From: Octopus vulgaris
Lineage: Eukaryota
NCBI GenBank assembly: GCA_951406725.2
Contig: OX597815.1
Coordinates: 104,904,001 to 104,968,000 of the forward strand
Direction of reading: 5' to 3'
DNA: 64,000 bases
Positions 44,346 through 56,409 of the stretch are shown here, piece by piece. Below the pieces are notes generated by a model. It saw only the letters and a list, made by a program, of their open reading frames with translations, had not been told where the DNA came from and did no database searches. Every line of letters begins with the position of its first letter. Position 1 is the first letter of the stretch. A program made the position numbers and the translations under genes.

Positions 44346-44526
44346 GTGAGGCTATGTGACAGAAGTAACATGTCATAAACATATGCACATACACACACAC
44401 ACACACACACACGGAAGCGCACACAAAACATACGCTCGCGCGCGCGCACACGCACGCACACACGCACACACATATATATATATTGAAGTGTGTATGTACA
44501 TATGTATACAAGTATACATATGTATA

Positions 44527-44758
44527 AGGCGGCGAGCTGGCAGAAACGTTAGCACGACGGGAGAAATGCGTAGCCGTATTTCGTCTACCGTGACGTTCTG
44601 AGTTCAAATTCCGCCGAGGTCGACTTTACCTTTCATCCTTTCGGGGTCGATAAATTAAGTACCAGTTACGCACTGGGGTCGATGTAATCGACTTAATCCG
44701 TTTGTCTGTCCTTGTTTGTCCCCTCTATGTTTAGCCCCTTGTGGGTAGTAAAGAAATA
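44527..44758 (+). mobile_element. tRNA-derived SINE family A, monomer
   Basis: Near-identical to 28175-28406. Confidence 0.92.
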
Positions 44759-44803
44759 TATGTATACAAGTATGCGAACCATCAAGCAAGCTAGCTAACT
44801 TCT

Positions 44804-44893
<90 letters not shown>

Positions 44894-45260
44894 TTTTCAG
44901 GTCACTAGCTATTGATATTGATAGAATGCAATCTATTACAACTTGTTGCAGCCTCGGTAGCAACAAACCGAGTATTTCTACCAGGTAGCCTGTTAAGTAG
45001 TCTCTAGGAATCCAACAACATGTAATCGGGTGATGATATATGTCTGCATGATATACGTCTTCTGTTGCTGAGGTCGACTTGATTCTCATTGTCAGGTGTT
45101 CATTGCAAGATGGATACCTACCAATGAAATTCGTAGTGGCTTCCTCAGGCTCCCGGTAAGGTAGTCTTTCGTCAGAAAGTACTCCTTACCGAGCGCCAGT
45201 GGGGGGCAATACGAATTTTAAGAGGACTCTAATATGCAAGCAAGCGCGCGTGTATGTATA

Positions 45261-47190
45261 CAGTAGACTTTAGATATAACCGACACCTCGGGACCGGGAA
45301 AATTTGTCCGTTGTATCCGATTGTCCGTTATAACCGTAAACGAAGTGAAATCCGTCTGTACTGCACACCCTTCTACGAAGTATACTGTACACGATGAGAT
45401 TCATCAGGATAAGGTATCACGTCGCAATCTCAGAATCCACGAGTCCTAAATAAAAATCAACACATTGAATCGACAGATTTGAGATTAAATGCATACGAAG
45501 ACGTTCACGATCACATACGAATACGTTTATTTTGGTTTCGGTTCGGAAAAATCTTTTTGTTTCAAAATCGTGTATGTATTCTTGTAAATCAGTTTCTCTA
45601 TCTTCACAGTACATTCGAAAATGTCTTCTGCCTCTGGCTAGTCTACCAAGAGAAGAAACCGTCGTTAAGTATTCAAGGCGGAATATGCATATCCACTTGC
45701 GGAAGGGGTACTGGATTCATCACCTTCCTCATTTCCATCATCATTACCAGCTTCGTCTCTATATCAACACATATGTCATCTGCAGACCTCAATTCTGCGA
45801 CAATCTCCTCGTCAGTCCAACCCTCGGTAGTACTGACATCAGCCGAATCGATGTCCACATTCATCTAACGGCAAAAATTCCAAATGTTTGGAAAGACCGT
45901 GTGGTCATCCTGGATTTCATTGTCTGCAATTCTAACGTCACTTGTCTCTCCCGCACTTTCGTTCGCTGGTTGTTTGACGAAACCGGCCTTCTTCCAACAG
46001 TTTCGGACAGTTTCCCATTTGACCATCTTCCAGCTGGATTTCACAGCCAGTAAACAATCCAGAATGTTCCATTTGAAATCTTGATTGTTTTCAGTGGCTG
46101 CTAGTCGTCGGCCAGCCAATATTCTTCTGTAGTGGAAGTTCTTTATAATTCCTGTGTCCATAAGTTGCGTTACAGAGCTGGTATTTGGTGGGAGGAAGAG
46201 CAGCTCGACATTTTCCAGTCCAATTTGTGGGTGGGTTGAGCAGCTGTCGACGATCATAGCAACTTTTCGATTTTCGATTTTCGCTTCTCATGCGACGGTC
46301 AAAATTTCTAATCTCGGATTCGAAAATGTCACCACGCATCCAAGCTTTTTTATTCGCCTGGTACATAACAAGAAGATTCTTGAACGTATGCGGTTTTGCG
46401 CTTTTATTTATTGTGAGAAGCGACATTTTTTCAGACCCATCCATATTGGAATCAAGCCGTCAAACTATTCTCATTTTGAGTTGCTTTGTCCCGTTATTCT
46501 GTTCAACAATAATCCTCTGGTAACATTCGTCACAATTGAATATGTCACGTTTTCGATAGCGTGTCAGAACGTCGTTCATCACACCTTCTCTCCACTCCTT
46601 AACCACATACAGGTCCACACCTCTTGATATACCTGACTTCAGGATCTTTCCTACATTCCAGCGTTTCTTCTACCTTTCAATCTATGCAGTACTCGGCATG
46701 GTTTCATGGTTGAATTCCTACGAAAAATATGCGGCTTTCTGTATCAGCATTTCCCCATCAATACGTAAATCCGACTTATAGTAACATTGTCTTAACCAAA
46801 TAATGAGCACCTGGTCTACATCATCGTAACGTATCACGATGAATCGCTTTCTAGAAGTGTCTGGTCTCGCGTACTTCTTTCTCGATTCCTCTTCTATCTT
46901 ATTCTTGTATTTAATAATGTCACTAAGTGTCTGCTTTGGAATTTCAAAGTGTGAAGCGATAGCATCGAGCTATACTTGTCACAGTATTCTAAAACTTCTA
47001 ACATTTTATCGGTGGTTAGAGCACTCCTTTTTCTTTTCGAACTGCTCATCTTGAATGGAAATGGAAAGTTCAACACGGAAAAATACAAATTTGCACAACA
47101 AAAGGACGTAAACGTTACGAAAACGTATGGATCTTTGTCGTTTTCGCCATTGCAAGTAGAAATCTCCAAACAAATTTTATAGTGGAGCAT
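45261..47190 (-). mobile_element. Tigger/pogo-type DNA transposon, decayed
   Basis: KRKRSALT, IASHFEIPKQTLSDIIK (HTH), DGSEKMSLL..KSAKPHTF, YQANKKAWM, IVDSCSTH, FLPPNTSSVTQLMDTGII; terminus TA-cagtagactttagatataaccgacac at 45261; other terminus not seen. Confidence 0.9.
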
Positions 47191-47227
47191 ATAGATGACG
47201 CTGAATCTGAATGTTTTATTGTTTCAG

Positions 47228-47835
47228 CTTATAGCTGTGGCCATGCTGGGGCATCACCGTTTTGTTACACTGTTATTATTGGAGAGCCTCCTCTAATATG
47301 TGGCATTTGGTGAATAAGAGAGTTTGATGTCGCTACCCTCATTTGCACCTCTTGCCGTGAGGTAGGTTCATCTGGGACTCTCGGCAGGAAGAGATCCAGT
47401 TTTGGTTTGAAGCCACCTACGTCCATTTGCGAGAATATTAAAAAGTTGTGGGCCTCTGAAACCCAGGCAGTTGCAGTAACTGGTCCTGAAGCGCGATGGC
47501 ATTTCTGGAATCTTTGGCACTGTGCAGTGTCGACGCGTTCTAGCATTGGTGTGGCTTTCAATGCCAAAATTTGGCACAGTTCCTTCCAGTATCTTCCAGA
47601 TGCATATTACAGTATACCTCTCCCACCTTCGCTCCATGGAGTAGGGTCTTAGCTTTCAGCCTCTCCTAGTGGGCTGAGCTGTTGCAATGAGGTGAGCTTC
47701 TTTGTGAAGCTTCGCTGGAATGCATAAAGGTCAGCTGTTAATTTTACACTATTGGGTGACCATAGCTGGGAGCAGTAATCCAGGCGGCTGATGACGAATG
47801 TCCTCCAGAGGACCATCATGGTTTCCTTCTCCACT
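47228..47835 (-). mobile_element. CR1-like LINE 3' end
   Basis: LWRTFVISRLDYCSQLWSP...QRSFTK, SMERRWERY..IWKILEG.VPN, RVPDEP. Confidence 0.88.
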
Positions 47836-48408
47836 CTAAATGCTTTGCACTGTTTCTTTTTGAAAGTAGTGGTTTTCTGATTGCAGCCCTCCCGTGAAAT
47901 CCGGCTTTGTGCAGCTCCCGGCGAACAATTTTTATGGAAACTGGTTTCTCGAGGTGGTCATTAAACTGTGCATAAATTTGGGAGCTGTACTTTTGTGATC
48001 CTTTCTAACAATTCGCGAAAGGGTCCAACGGTTCCTATCTGAAAGTTTTGGTTTTCTTCCGGAGCTTTGTTTCGACGAGAAAGTTTTTTCCTCTTTCTCA
48101 AAGGCTGTCATTACTTTCGAGACAGTACTTCTTGATACACCAAACTTTTCGGCTGTTTTCGTTACGCGCGCGCTTGTCATACGCGCACCAACAATTTGAC
48201 TTGTTTGAAATTCCGATCGATCTGTGATTTTAATGAATTTTAATTACCTTTTTCTGATGATATCTGAAAAGAAACAGCAATTTTAGCAAAACATATTAAG
48301 CAACGCTAATAATAAATCAAAAAACATAAAAATAAGCAAGCTTTTGATGGTTTTATAGATATTTCAAACTTTTTATACCAGGTGTTTCCATTATTTTGTC
48401 CAACCCCA
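47836..48408 (-). mobile_element. Tc1 transposon 5' portion
   Basis: TAEKFGVSRSTVSKVM...SGRKPKLSDR paired-like HTH; terminal ggggttggacaaaataatggaaacacc on the minus strand. Confidence 0.88.
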
Positions 48409-50129
48409 ATATATATATACATAACATCACATTACAACCATTCAGGTTCTGTGCATGACATGTATTACACCTCATTACATGAACTGAAAGTATATATCTC
48501 AAGCCACATTACACCTGTTCAATATCTTTATAAAGATAAGTTTCCTAGTTATTTGTCTATATTACAATCTACTTCTTTTAAAAAAGAAAGCAAAGTGTTG
48601 AATGAAGACGTTAGAATTGAAGAAAATTTCTTGTTAGTCAATGTCGGAAATTGTTTTGGTATTAAATTTTAATTCAATTCCTTCATGGACTGAATTTCTA
48701 AAGTTATTTCTTCTCAACTTTCCAATCCAACCAACTATGGCTTTTTCTATTTTTCATTTTTTTTTTTTTTTGTGAAATCGAAGGATTTGCATTAATTCTA
48801 TACCAAGCAGTAAGGTGAGAAAAACAAAGATAAAATTCTAATTCATTTATTTATATTATTCACGCAGAAAATTAGTAGAATGCCCTGACAAAGAAACCAC
48901 AAGCACACAATCAAATACATTTGATTGGAAATTAAAATCTAACAAAAACAAGCTGTTAAATTTCAAAATTAGTCTTCATTTTTCTGGACTAGAATTCAGT
49001 AATAGAATTCTTAACTATTGAACTATTTTAAATAAGATCGATATATTTCAAACATGATGGGGTTTTTTTTTTGTTTTGCTTTGTTTTTTGTTTTGTTTGT
49101 TTTTCAGTGACTATTTTAGCTTCTGAAATCATTATTTTGTCCGAATCACGATAATATAATGCGATGTTTGGGTCAAATCACGAAATTCTAAGAATGGTTC
49201 GACATTAATCTTATTGCCACTAGAAAAATTCTTTTGCGTATGTTTAATTCCAAATATAATGAAGAAACTTTAGAACTTACCAACTGAAGCTATTGTCACA
49301 CCAAAATTACTTTCATTTACAAAATAAACATGGTAATGCAGTAGCAAGATACTGGACTCCCATGACAATATTTAATTAAGAAAGGGCTACTGCACATTAG
49401 ATGAAAAGAAAAACCATGGTGCGCATATATAAACAATGTTACCTATAACTGTAGATTTCGTTTCTCATACACTCATATGGAGAAGTACAATATTCTGTGG
49501 AATACTACTTGACTCGTTCTTAAAGGATGTAGCAGAATGACAGTGAAATATTGTTTGTACAGATATGGAAAAATGCATCTTTTCCAATGTTAGTAGTTCA
49601 AGTAATAGCGCAGAAAGCATCAGAATGTTTGAATGGATGACCGTTTGGACGGAAAAACAGTATGGACAGGCTAACTCTCGATATATTTAAATGAATTACC
49701 AATTTGTATCAACCCACTCTTCCAAAAGACTGCTGCAATACTTTGAGATGCATTGCTTCCATAACTTTTATTAGATCTTGATAGAAAGAAATTTCGAGAA
49801 TTACGTTAAGTGAAAATAAGGATAAATCAATGGTAGTAAGCGACATCTTTCGCTAGGTCTAGCATTGCAAAACAAGGTAAATATTACGAAGAACGGAATT
49901 TAACTTGCGTTGTGAAATAGCTAAATAGCCAAATAGCTAAACATATGGGTATAAAATTAAAGCGGGTGTAGTATAAATGATTGAGCATGTCTAAAGCACA
50001 CCAGAGTTACCGGAATAGCGTTTTCCATAACTTGCTAAAAAGTGAATAGAATGAACTAGTCGCTAGTTAGAACGTCAGGCATTATGCAGATAACTAATAG
50101 CCAATTAAGAAGAGACAAATTAGCGACGA

Positions 50130-51328
50130 ATGAGTCGACAAGAAAGTAACGATTTTTTAAATGACTTTTGTCAATGTTATAATTTTTTTCCTCTTGACAT
50201 TTGCTAGCCGTTACTTTTAGCTTTCTTTAGAAGCAAATTGTGCGCAATTTTGTTTACAGCTGTTAGTTCAGTATCAATTTGAACATGGATTGCAAAAATG
50301 AACATTTTCGCCACATTTTCCCCCATAAAGGCAAGAAAGCTGCTGAGGCTCACAAAGAGATATGTGAAGTTTATGGTGCTGATTGCTTAACAGAATGCAC
50401 TTATTAGAAATGGTTTTACAAATTCCGTTCTGACTAACGTTCTGGTCGACCTTCTAAAGCTGATGGGGATCGAATCAAAGCCATAATTGAATCTGATTGT
50501 CATATAATTGTGCGAGAGATTGCAGAGAGGTTAAATGTATCACACATAACAACTGAAAATCACTTAAAATGTCTTGGACTCGTTAAGCAACTCGATATTT
50601 AGGTTCTACATAAATTGAAATAGATTCATATAACACAATGGATCAATATTTGCGATATGCATCTCAAACGCAATGACATCTACCTCTTTTGAAACGAATA
50701 AGCAGTGGTGACGAAAAGTGGATTGTCTATAATAACATTACTCGAAAATGATCATGGTCCAAGCGTACAATCCACGTCGAAATTGCATAAAAAAAGGCCA
50801 TGCTGTCAATTTGGTGGGATTATTAAGGAATTGTGAATTTTGAGCTGCTTCCAAGGGACCGAATGATTAATTTAGGTCTTTACTGTCAACAACTAATGAA
50901 ACTGATGAAAGCAAGCAAAGAAAAACGGCCAGAATTGGCAAATCGTAAACGAATTGCGTTCCACCATGACAAACGCTAAACCACACGCGTCTTTGCTAAC
51001 TCTTGAAAAATAATTGGAGCTTATAATTGGAGCACATCCACCGTATAACCCTGACATTGCACCATTAGATTACCATTTATTTCGAAATTCTTTGAATGGT
51101 AAGACTTTCAATAATGGTGATTACCTGAAATCGCACTTGATTCAGTTTTTGGCTGATAAGGTCCAGAGGATCCATGAGCGCGGAAACACGAAGTTGCCAG
51201 AAAGATAGTAAAACGTCATCGAACAAAATGGAAAATATATAATTGATTAAAATTCATTCTTGTATGAAAATGAGTGACTTTTATTTCACACTAAAAAAAG
51301 AAACGAAATTATTTTCTTACCGACCCAA
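50130..51328 (+). mobile_element. Near full-length decayed mariner element with TIRs
   Basis: TIRs tgagtcgacaagaaagtaa / ttattttcttaccgaccca; EHFRH, KAAEAHKEICEVYG, RSGRP, GDEKWIVYNN, HPPYNPDIAPLDYHLF. Confidence 0.93.
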
Positions 51329-51660
51329 CCAATATAACCACGTCTTTTCTCCTCAGAATGTTAACACCTGGATATCTTCCCACCACTGACGTTTTTCATC
51401 AAAGAGCTAGGTGAGAGCCATAGGCACAAAAAATATTTCCAATAATGAATACCTCATAAAATTTTTTACCGTCCCTTTATAAGTACATCTTTCATGTCGA
51501 GCCTAGCTACAGATGGATAAGGCATTTTTTTTTCAAATATGTAATTTCAAACTTTTTTTGAGTACTTATTATGAAAGACGGATTGCATAAACTTTCTAAA
51601 TGCACACACACATTATTCTTAAGCAAGAATGTTGTTAACTCAGACTGCAAAAAAGTTTTT

Positions 51661-52072
51661 TATTTCTTTATTGCCCACAAGGGGCCACACACAGCGGGGA
51701 CAAACAAGGACAGACAAAGGGATTAAGTCGATTACATCGACCCAAGTGCGTAACTGGTACTTAATTTATCGACCCCGAAAGAATGAAAGGCAAAGTTGAC
51801 CTCGGCGGAATTTGAACTCAGAACGTAGCGGCAGACGAAATACCTACTTCTTTACTACCCACAAGGGGCTAAACACAGAGGGGACAAACAATGACAGACA
51901 AGCGGATTAAGTCGATTACATCGACCCCAGTGCGTAACTGGTACTTAATTTATCAGCCCCGAAAGGATGAAAGGCAAAGTCGACCTCGGCGGAATTTGAA
52001 CTCAGAACGTAGCGGCAGATGAAATACCGCTAAGCATTTCACCCGGCGTGCTAATGTTTCTGCCAGCTCGCC
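51661..52072 (-). mobile_element. tRNA-derived SINE family A with tandem-duplicated body
   Basis: Reverse complement of the 44527 copy; ~180-bp body present twice. Confidence 0.92.
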
Positions 52073-52889
52073 ATCGTCGGAGTGTATTTTATCTGTGTGT
52101 GTGTGTGTGTGAGAGAGTGTGTGTGTATGTGTGTGTGTGTGTGTGTGTGCGTGCGTGTGTGTGTGTGCATGTGTGAACGTCTGTGCATGTGTGTGTATGT
52201 GCGCATGTGTCTATGTAATATTTATATTACATACAACTGCAGTATCTGGATGAAAATAGGATTCCACTACGTACATGAACTACTTACGATGAAATAAAGC
52301 GATTGTATAAGGTTAATATTATTAATCAGTGTTTTCGAAAATGTAACAGCTTATAACGGGCATCTCCATCATATATATATGTATGTATATATATATATAC
52401 ATATACATATACATATGTATATTGGAGGTGTGAGATTATCTGTTCATTCTTCCCTTCCCAACTTTTGTTTTTTCATAACACTTATTAAGATACACATTTT
52501 TAAATGAAATACCGAGGAAATATGTTTTTGAGAATGTAGAATACAGAACGTTGATTTTTCAAACATAAAAAGTTGAAAGAGAAGTGAAAAATGCTAAAAC
52601 CTCTCCCAAAATTGTTTTTCTAAATTTTGACACAATCACAATTCATTGCCTTGTAGACGTATCTCAACAAAATTTCTTTACTATTTGTATATCTTCCAGG
52701 ACATTTTAAGGATAAGAATAGGTAGTGAGACACCAAACTGACGTCTGTCTCCCTCTCTCCCTCGTGCCCTCTCTCCTTCTCCCTCTCCCTCTCTTTTTCT
52801 TTCTCTCACTCTCTCAATATAAGTGTGTGTGTGTGTGTACGCGCGCGTGTATGTGTGCGTGCGCGCGCGCGTGTGTGCGTATGTGCAGA

Positions 52890-54745
52890 CTGCAAGCGAA
52901 TTTCGAGCATTTTAAATGTTTTACTGATTTTTACAATCCTCAGATTTATTTCAAAATCAAGGGTTGCATCTCTCGAGAGAATTCTGCCAAAGTAGACCGC
53001 ATCCAATCTTGTACCTTGGACGATGCGAGGTTCCACATAGGGCTGGTCTGCAGGCTGGGGGAACATGACATTTGTCTTCTTAAGTCTACTGCTAATTCAA
53101 AATGCCAGTGCATGCTCCATTATAGCTTGCATGTCTTCGGTGTGAGTAACAAGAACTACATCGTCAGCATACAAGAGCTCACAAATAAATCAAGTCTTCT
53201 ATTTTGCGTTGAAGCGTGTTACATCAAAGATCTTATCTGTGCTTTTGAAGTGAAAGTAGACGCTTGATATCATAATCCTGGAAAGCGTACGAGACAGTCA
53301 CTGTAAAATATATGGAAAAAATGTTGGAGCTGTAATATCACCATGTTTAGTCTCGTTGTCAATGGAAATTGGTTCCATGAGTGAACCAATGAATTGAAAA
53401 CAAGTTTTCATATTACAACCGAGTTGCTAAAACAATTTGACAACTAAGGTGGAAATCTAAAATTACCAAGAATAATCCAGAAAGTGGTCGTATTAACTAA
53501 CAGTGGAGATAAGCAGAAAAATTAAAGTTCATTGTACCAAGACCTGATCTACGAATACATTGTTTTTCCTGGATAACGAAATAATCTATCCACTTTGTTA
53601 GCCGATTAAGTAGTTTACCAACTACTTCGTGATGGTTTATTCCTCTGTAATTTCAACACGCAGATTTAGATACCGTTCATTTGAAAAATGAAATTAAAGT
53701 GGCATCAATCCAGTCTTGTGGGGAACAGGAGCACCCAACCAGACATCTGATATTAGATGATGGATCGTTATATAAAAGCACGTCGACCCCAGGGAGGAGT
53801 ACTTCAATGGGAATACCTTCAAGACCAGGTGCCTACCCAGTATAAATTTCATTGAGTATTTTTTATTTCTTTCTCATCTATAGTGGAATGGTCAATCTTA
53901 AGGACAATATCCCTTTCAGGCTGATTATTGATGTCATTTCATAAAAAGATCTGTGAAGTGCTTAGTTCAACGTTTCTTGATACCCTAATCAACCATAAAG
54001 GGGAAGGAAATGTCGTTAAACTTGATTGGTACCACATATGAAGACTAGGACTGAATACTTGTTTGATTAAGTAATATAACATTTTCAAGTCTTTACTGTA
54101 ATAAGCATTTTGATCTTTTCCGAAATGTCAGACTATCATTGGTTTTTCATTTGTCATATTTTGCGCTGGAAGGATGAATTTACCCTTCTGAGAGAATACA
54201 GCAAACACTGATTGTCTTTATCTAATGCACTAACATATTTTTGGTGCAGCATGTTTTTATCCTCGAGAAGTTTAGCGATCGGCAGATAATTTTCATTAAA
54301 CCAGTCTCGATGTTTTCTTTTCTGAGATCAAGAACCTGAACACCAACATTGTAGACCCCAGTATTTAACTTATATATATCCGTTCCGTCAAATTCTTCTT
54401 CCTCAATAGCATTTCGAAGATTCTTATGCATATTGGAGTTCTTAAATTTCAGCACACCAATACGCGTAGGTAATTTTAATCTGCCCGATCTTATTGTATG
54501 CAGGATGTAGAGTTTAAATTTACCATATATGAGCTATTAGTCCATTTCACATTCTGTACTCCGCATGACTCGGGCAGCGCAAACATCCTGATGGTCTAGT
54601 TTCCTTATGATAGCGTAATCGAGAATATATCCATGCTAATATCTTGGGTGTATCCAAGTAACTTTATGAACATCCTTCAGATGAAAAACGATGTTGCAAA
54701 TGACAAGTTCACATTCAGTGCAAAACTGAAGGCGGAAAACACTAC
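52890..54745 (-). mobile_element. RTE-clade LINE relic (endonuclease C-part plus RT)
   Basis: TWIHPR, HGYILDYAIIRKLDHQDVCAARVMRSTEC, APGLEGIPIEVL, DWIDATLI, NYRGI, RSGLGT, LLYADD (~53160-53178). Confidence 0.88.
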
Positions 54746-56409
54746 TGCGTATTGGTGTGTTGAAATTAAAGGACATTAATGTGCATAAGAATCTGGCAGA
54801 AATAACACAAGGCGCTTATTCCGACGACCTAACGGTATGTCTATATTTTATATGCACGTGTTTTGTTTATTTATGATTTGGAGCCTTTGCAGCAAAGTAT
54901 GACTGATCGGTGGTGATAAAGCATATATTTACAGTTAGTTTACAGTTCGTTTATAATGTTTTGATTAAGAACGTGATATCTCTTCTGAAATACTTATGAG
55001 ACTTAATATATATTAACATAGATTAACAGGGCAACTCAATAAAACTTTCCTCAAATTTATATTACTATTGTCGATTAATCGTGAATTATGTTTACATTGC
55101 TTCTAACATCAACGAAGTAATTCACTGCGTGATACAAATTTACATTATATTTAAGTGGACTAGATTTATGACGGTCGTATATATTGCTCTTGCTGACTGT
55201 ATTACGTGGACTGCTGGATAATTATTCGTGTGTTAGCACCACTATAAACCTAGAAATTTTGAAACGAAAGTTTATTCTTATAGTAGAATTTCAGCACATT
55301 TACCCTGCTATGTGAGAAATGTGAGGATGCATTGTACAATGGAGTTCTAGATGCTCTGGTAATGAAAAGAAAACGTACTAGTCACAACTGGAATACTTTT
55401 ACCCGTTAACATACAATACCGTTAAGGACCGGTAACGTCTCTTTTTTTATTCAGATTTATAGTTCGCAATGAGCCATTCTGAGGTAGACGCGTGGGCTGA
55501 AGCTATGGAGAATATAGTGCCTTGCAATCAACACTGCTCAGTCCTGGGATCAAACCACAACACTATAATAATAAGTCCAAGAGCCTAACAAGTGAACAAG
55601 AAGGAGAGGATCAAAACGAAAGAATTGTGACCTTAAATTTTCCATAGAATGTGATGAACTGAAGCATTTTAAAATATTCGAGGAACTTAGTGGATACTAG
55701 GAAGATATCGTGGATCAAGAGTACACTGAAAAGAATAGAATTAAACTACTTAGAATACTTGTGAAAGTGAGCTTTGAGAATTAGTTATGCACTTGTTCCT
55801 TAGGACACAATATATGAGCGACAAAGTTTGATCTCCAAATCTCTTTTGCATTGTAGTGGTATTGGAGTCAGCGTTCCAACCACACATTGTCATGGTATGA
55901 TGGATATTTAGAAAATGTTCTCAGGTTTTGTACCCACTGATTCCTTATAAGAAGAGTTATTTTGAGATTATGACTGTGTTATAATTGAACAAGAAACTTT
56001 CTCTAAGGCTCTACAAGACTCACTTTATAAATACATTAGAACCCTGCTGGCATGACACAGTATTGCTGCACTTATATTCATCCTATACTGTATCCAACAG
56101 AAGCTTATTCAACTGATAGACAAGGTATTACCCATGAACACAATACAGTCACTGGCTCAAAGAATGTTTCATTTATATGCTTCTTTTCTGAAAAAGCCAG
56201 CACCAAACATATCCACAAATCAAGCACATCTCTCCTCTTTTCCTCACATTCAATGAGTTTCGCCGTCCACTTCATTTACCGAACACTTTCCTAGTCCTTC
56301 ATTTTCAGTACTCTACTGCGATTTCTTGCCTATCTGCACTTTTACTACAATTGAAATATACTTAATATAACGATATACACTATTAATTATCATTGATTTA
56401 GATATGTGA

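Noticed and set aside
45145-45170. Resemblance to the SRP RNA helix 8 motif
   Set aside because: Superficial; the pairing register and the rest of the SRP fold are absent
52725-53267. 180-aa + strand ORF
   Set aside because: Antisense to the RTE RT plus microsatellite sequence
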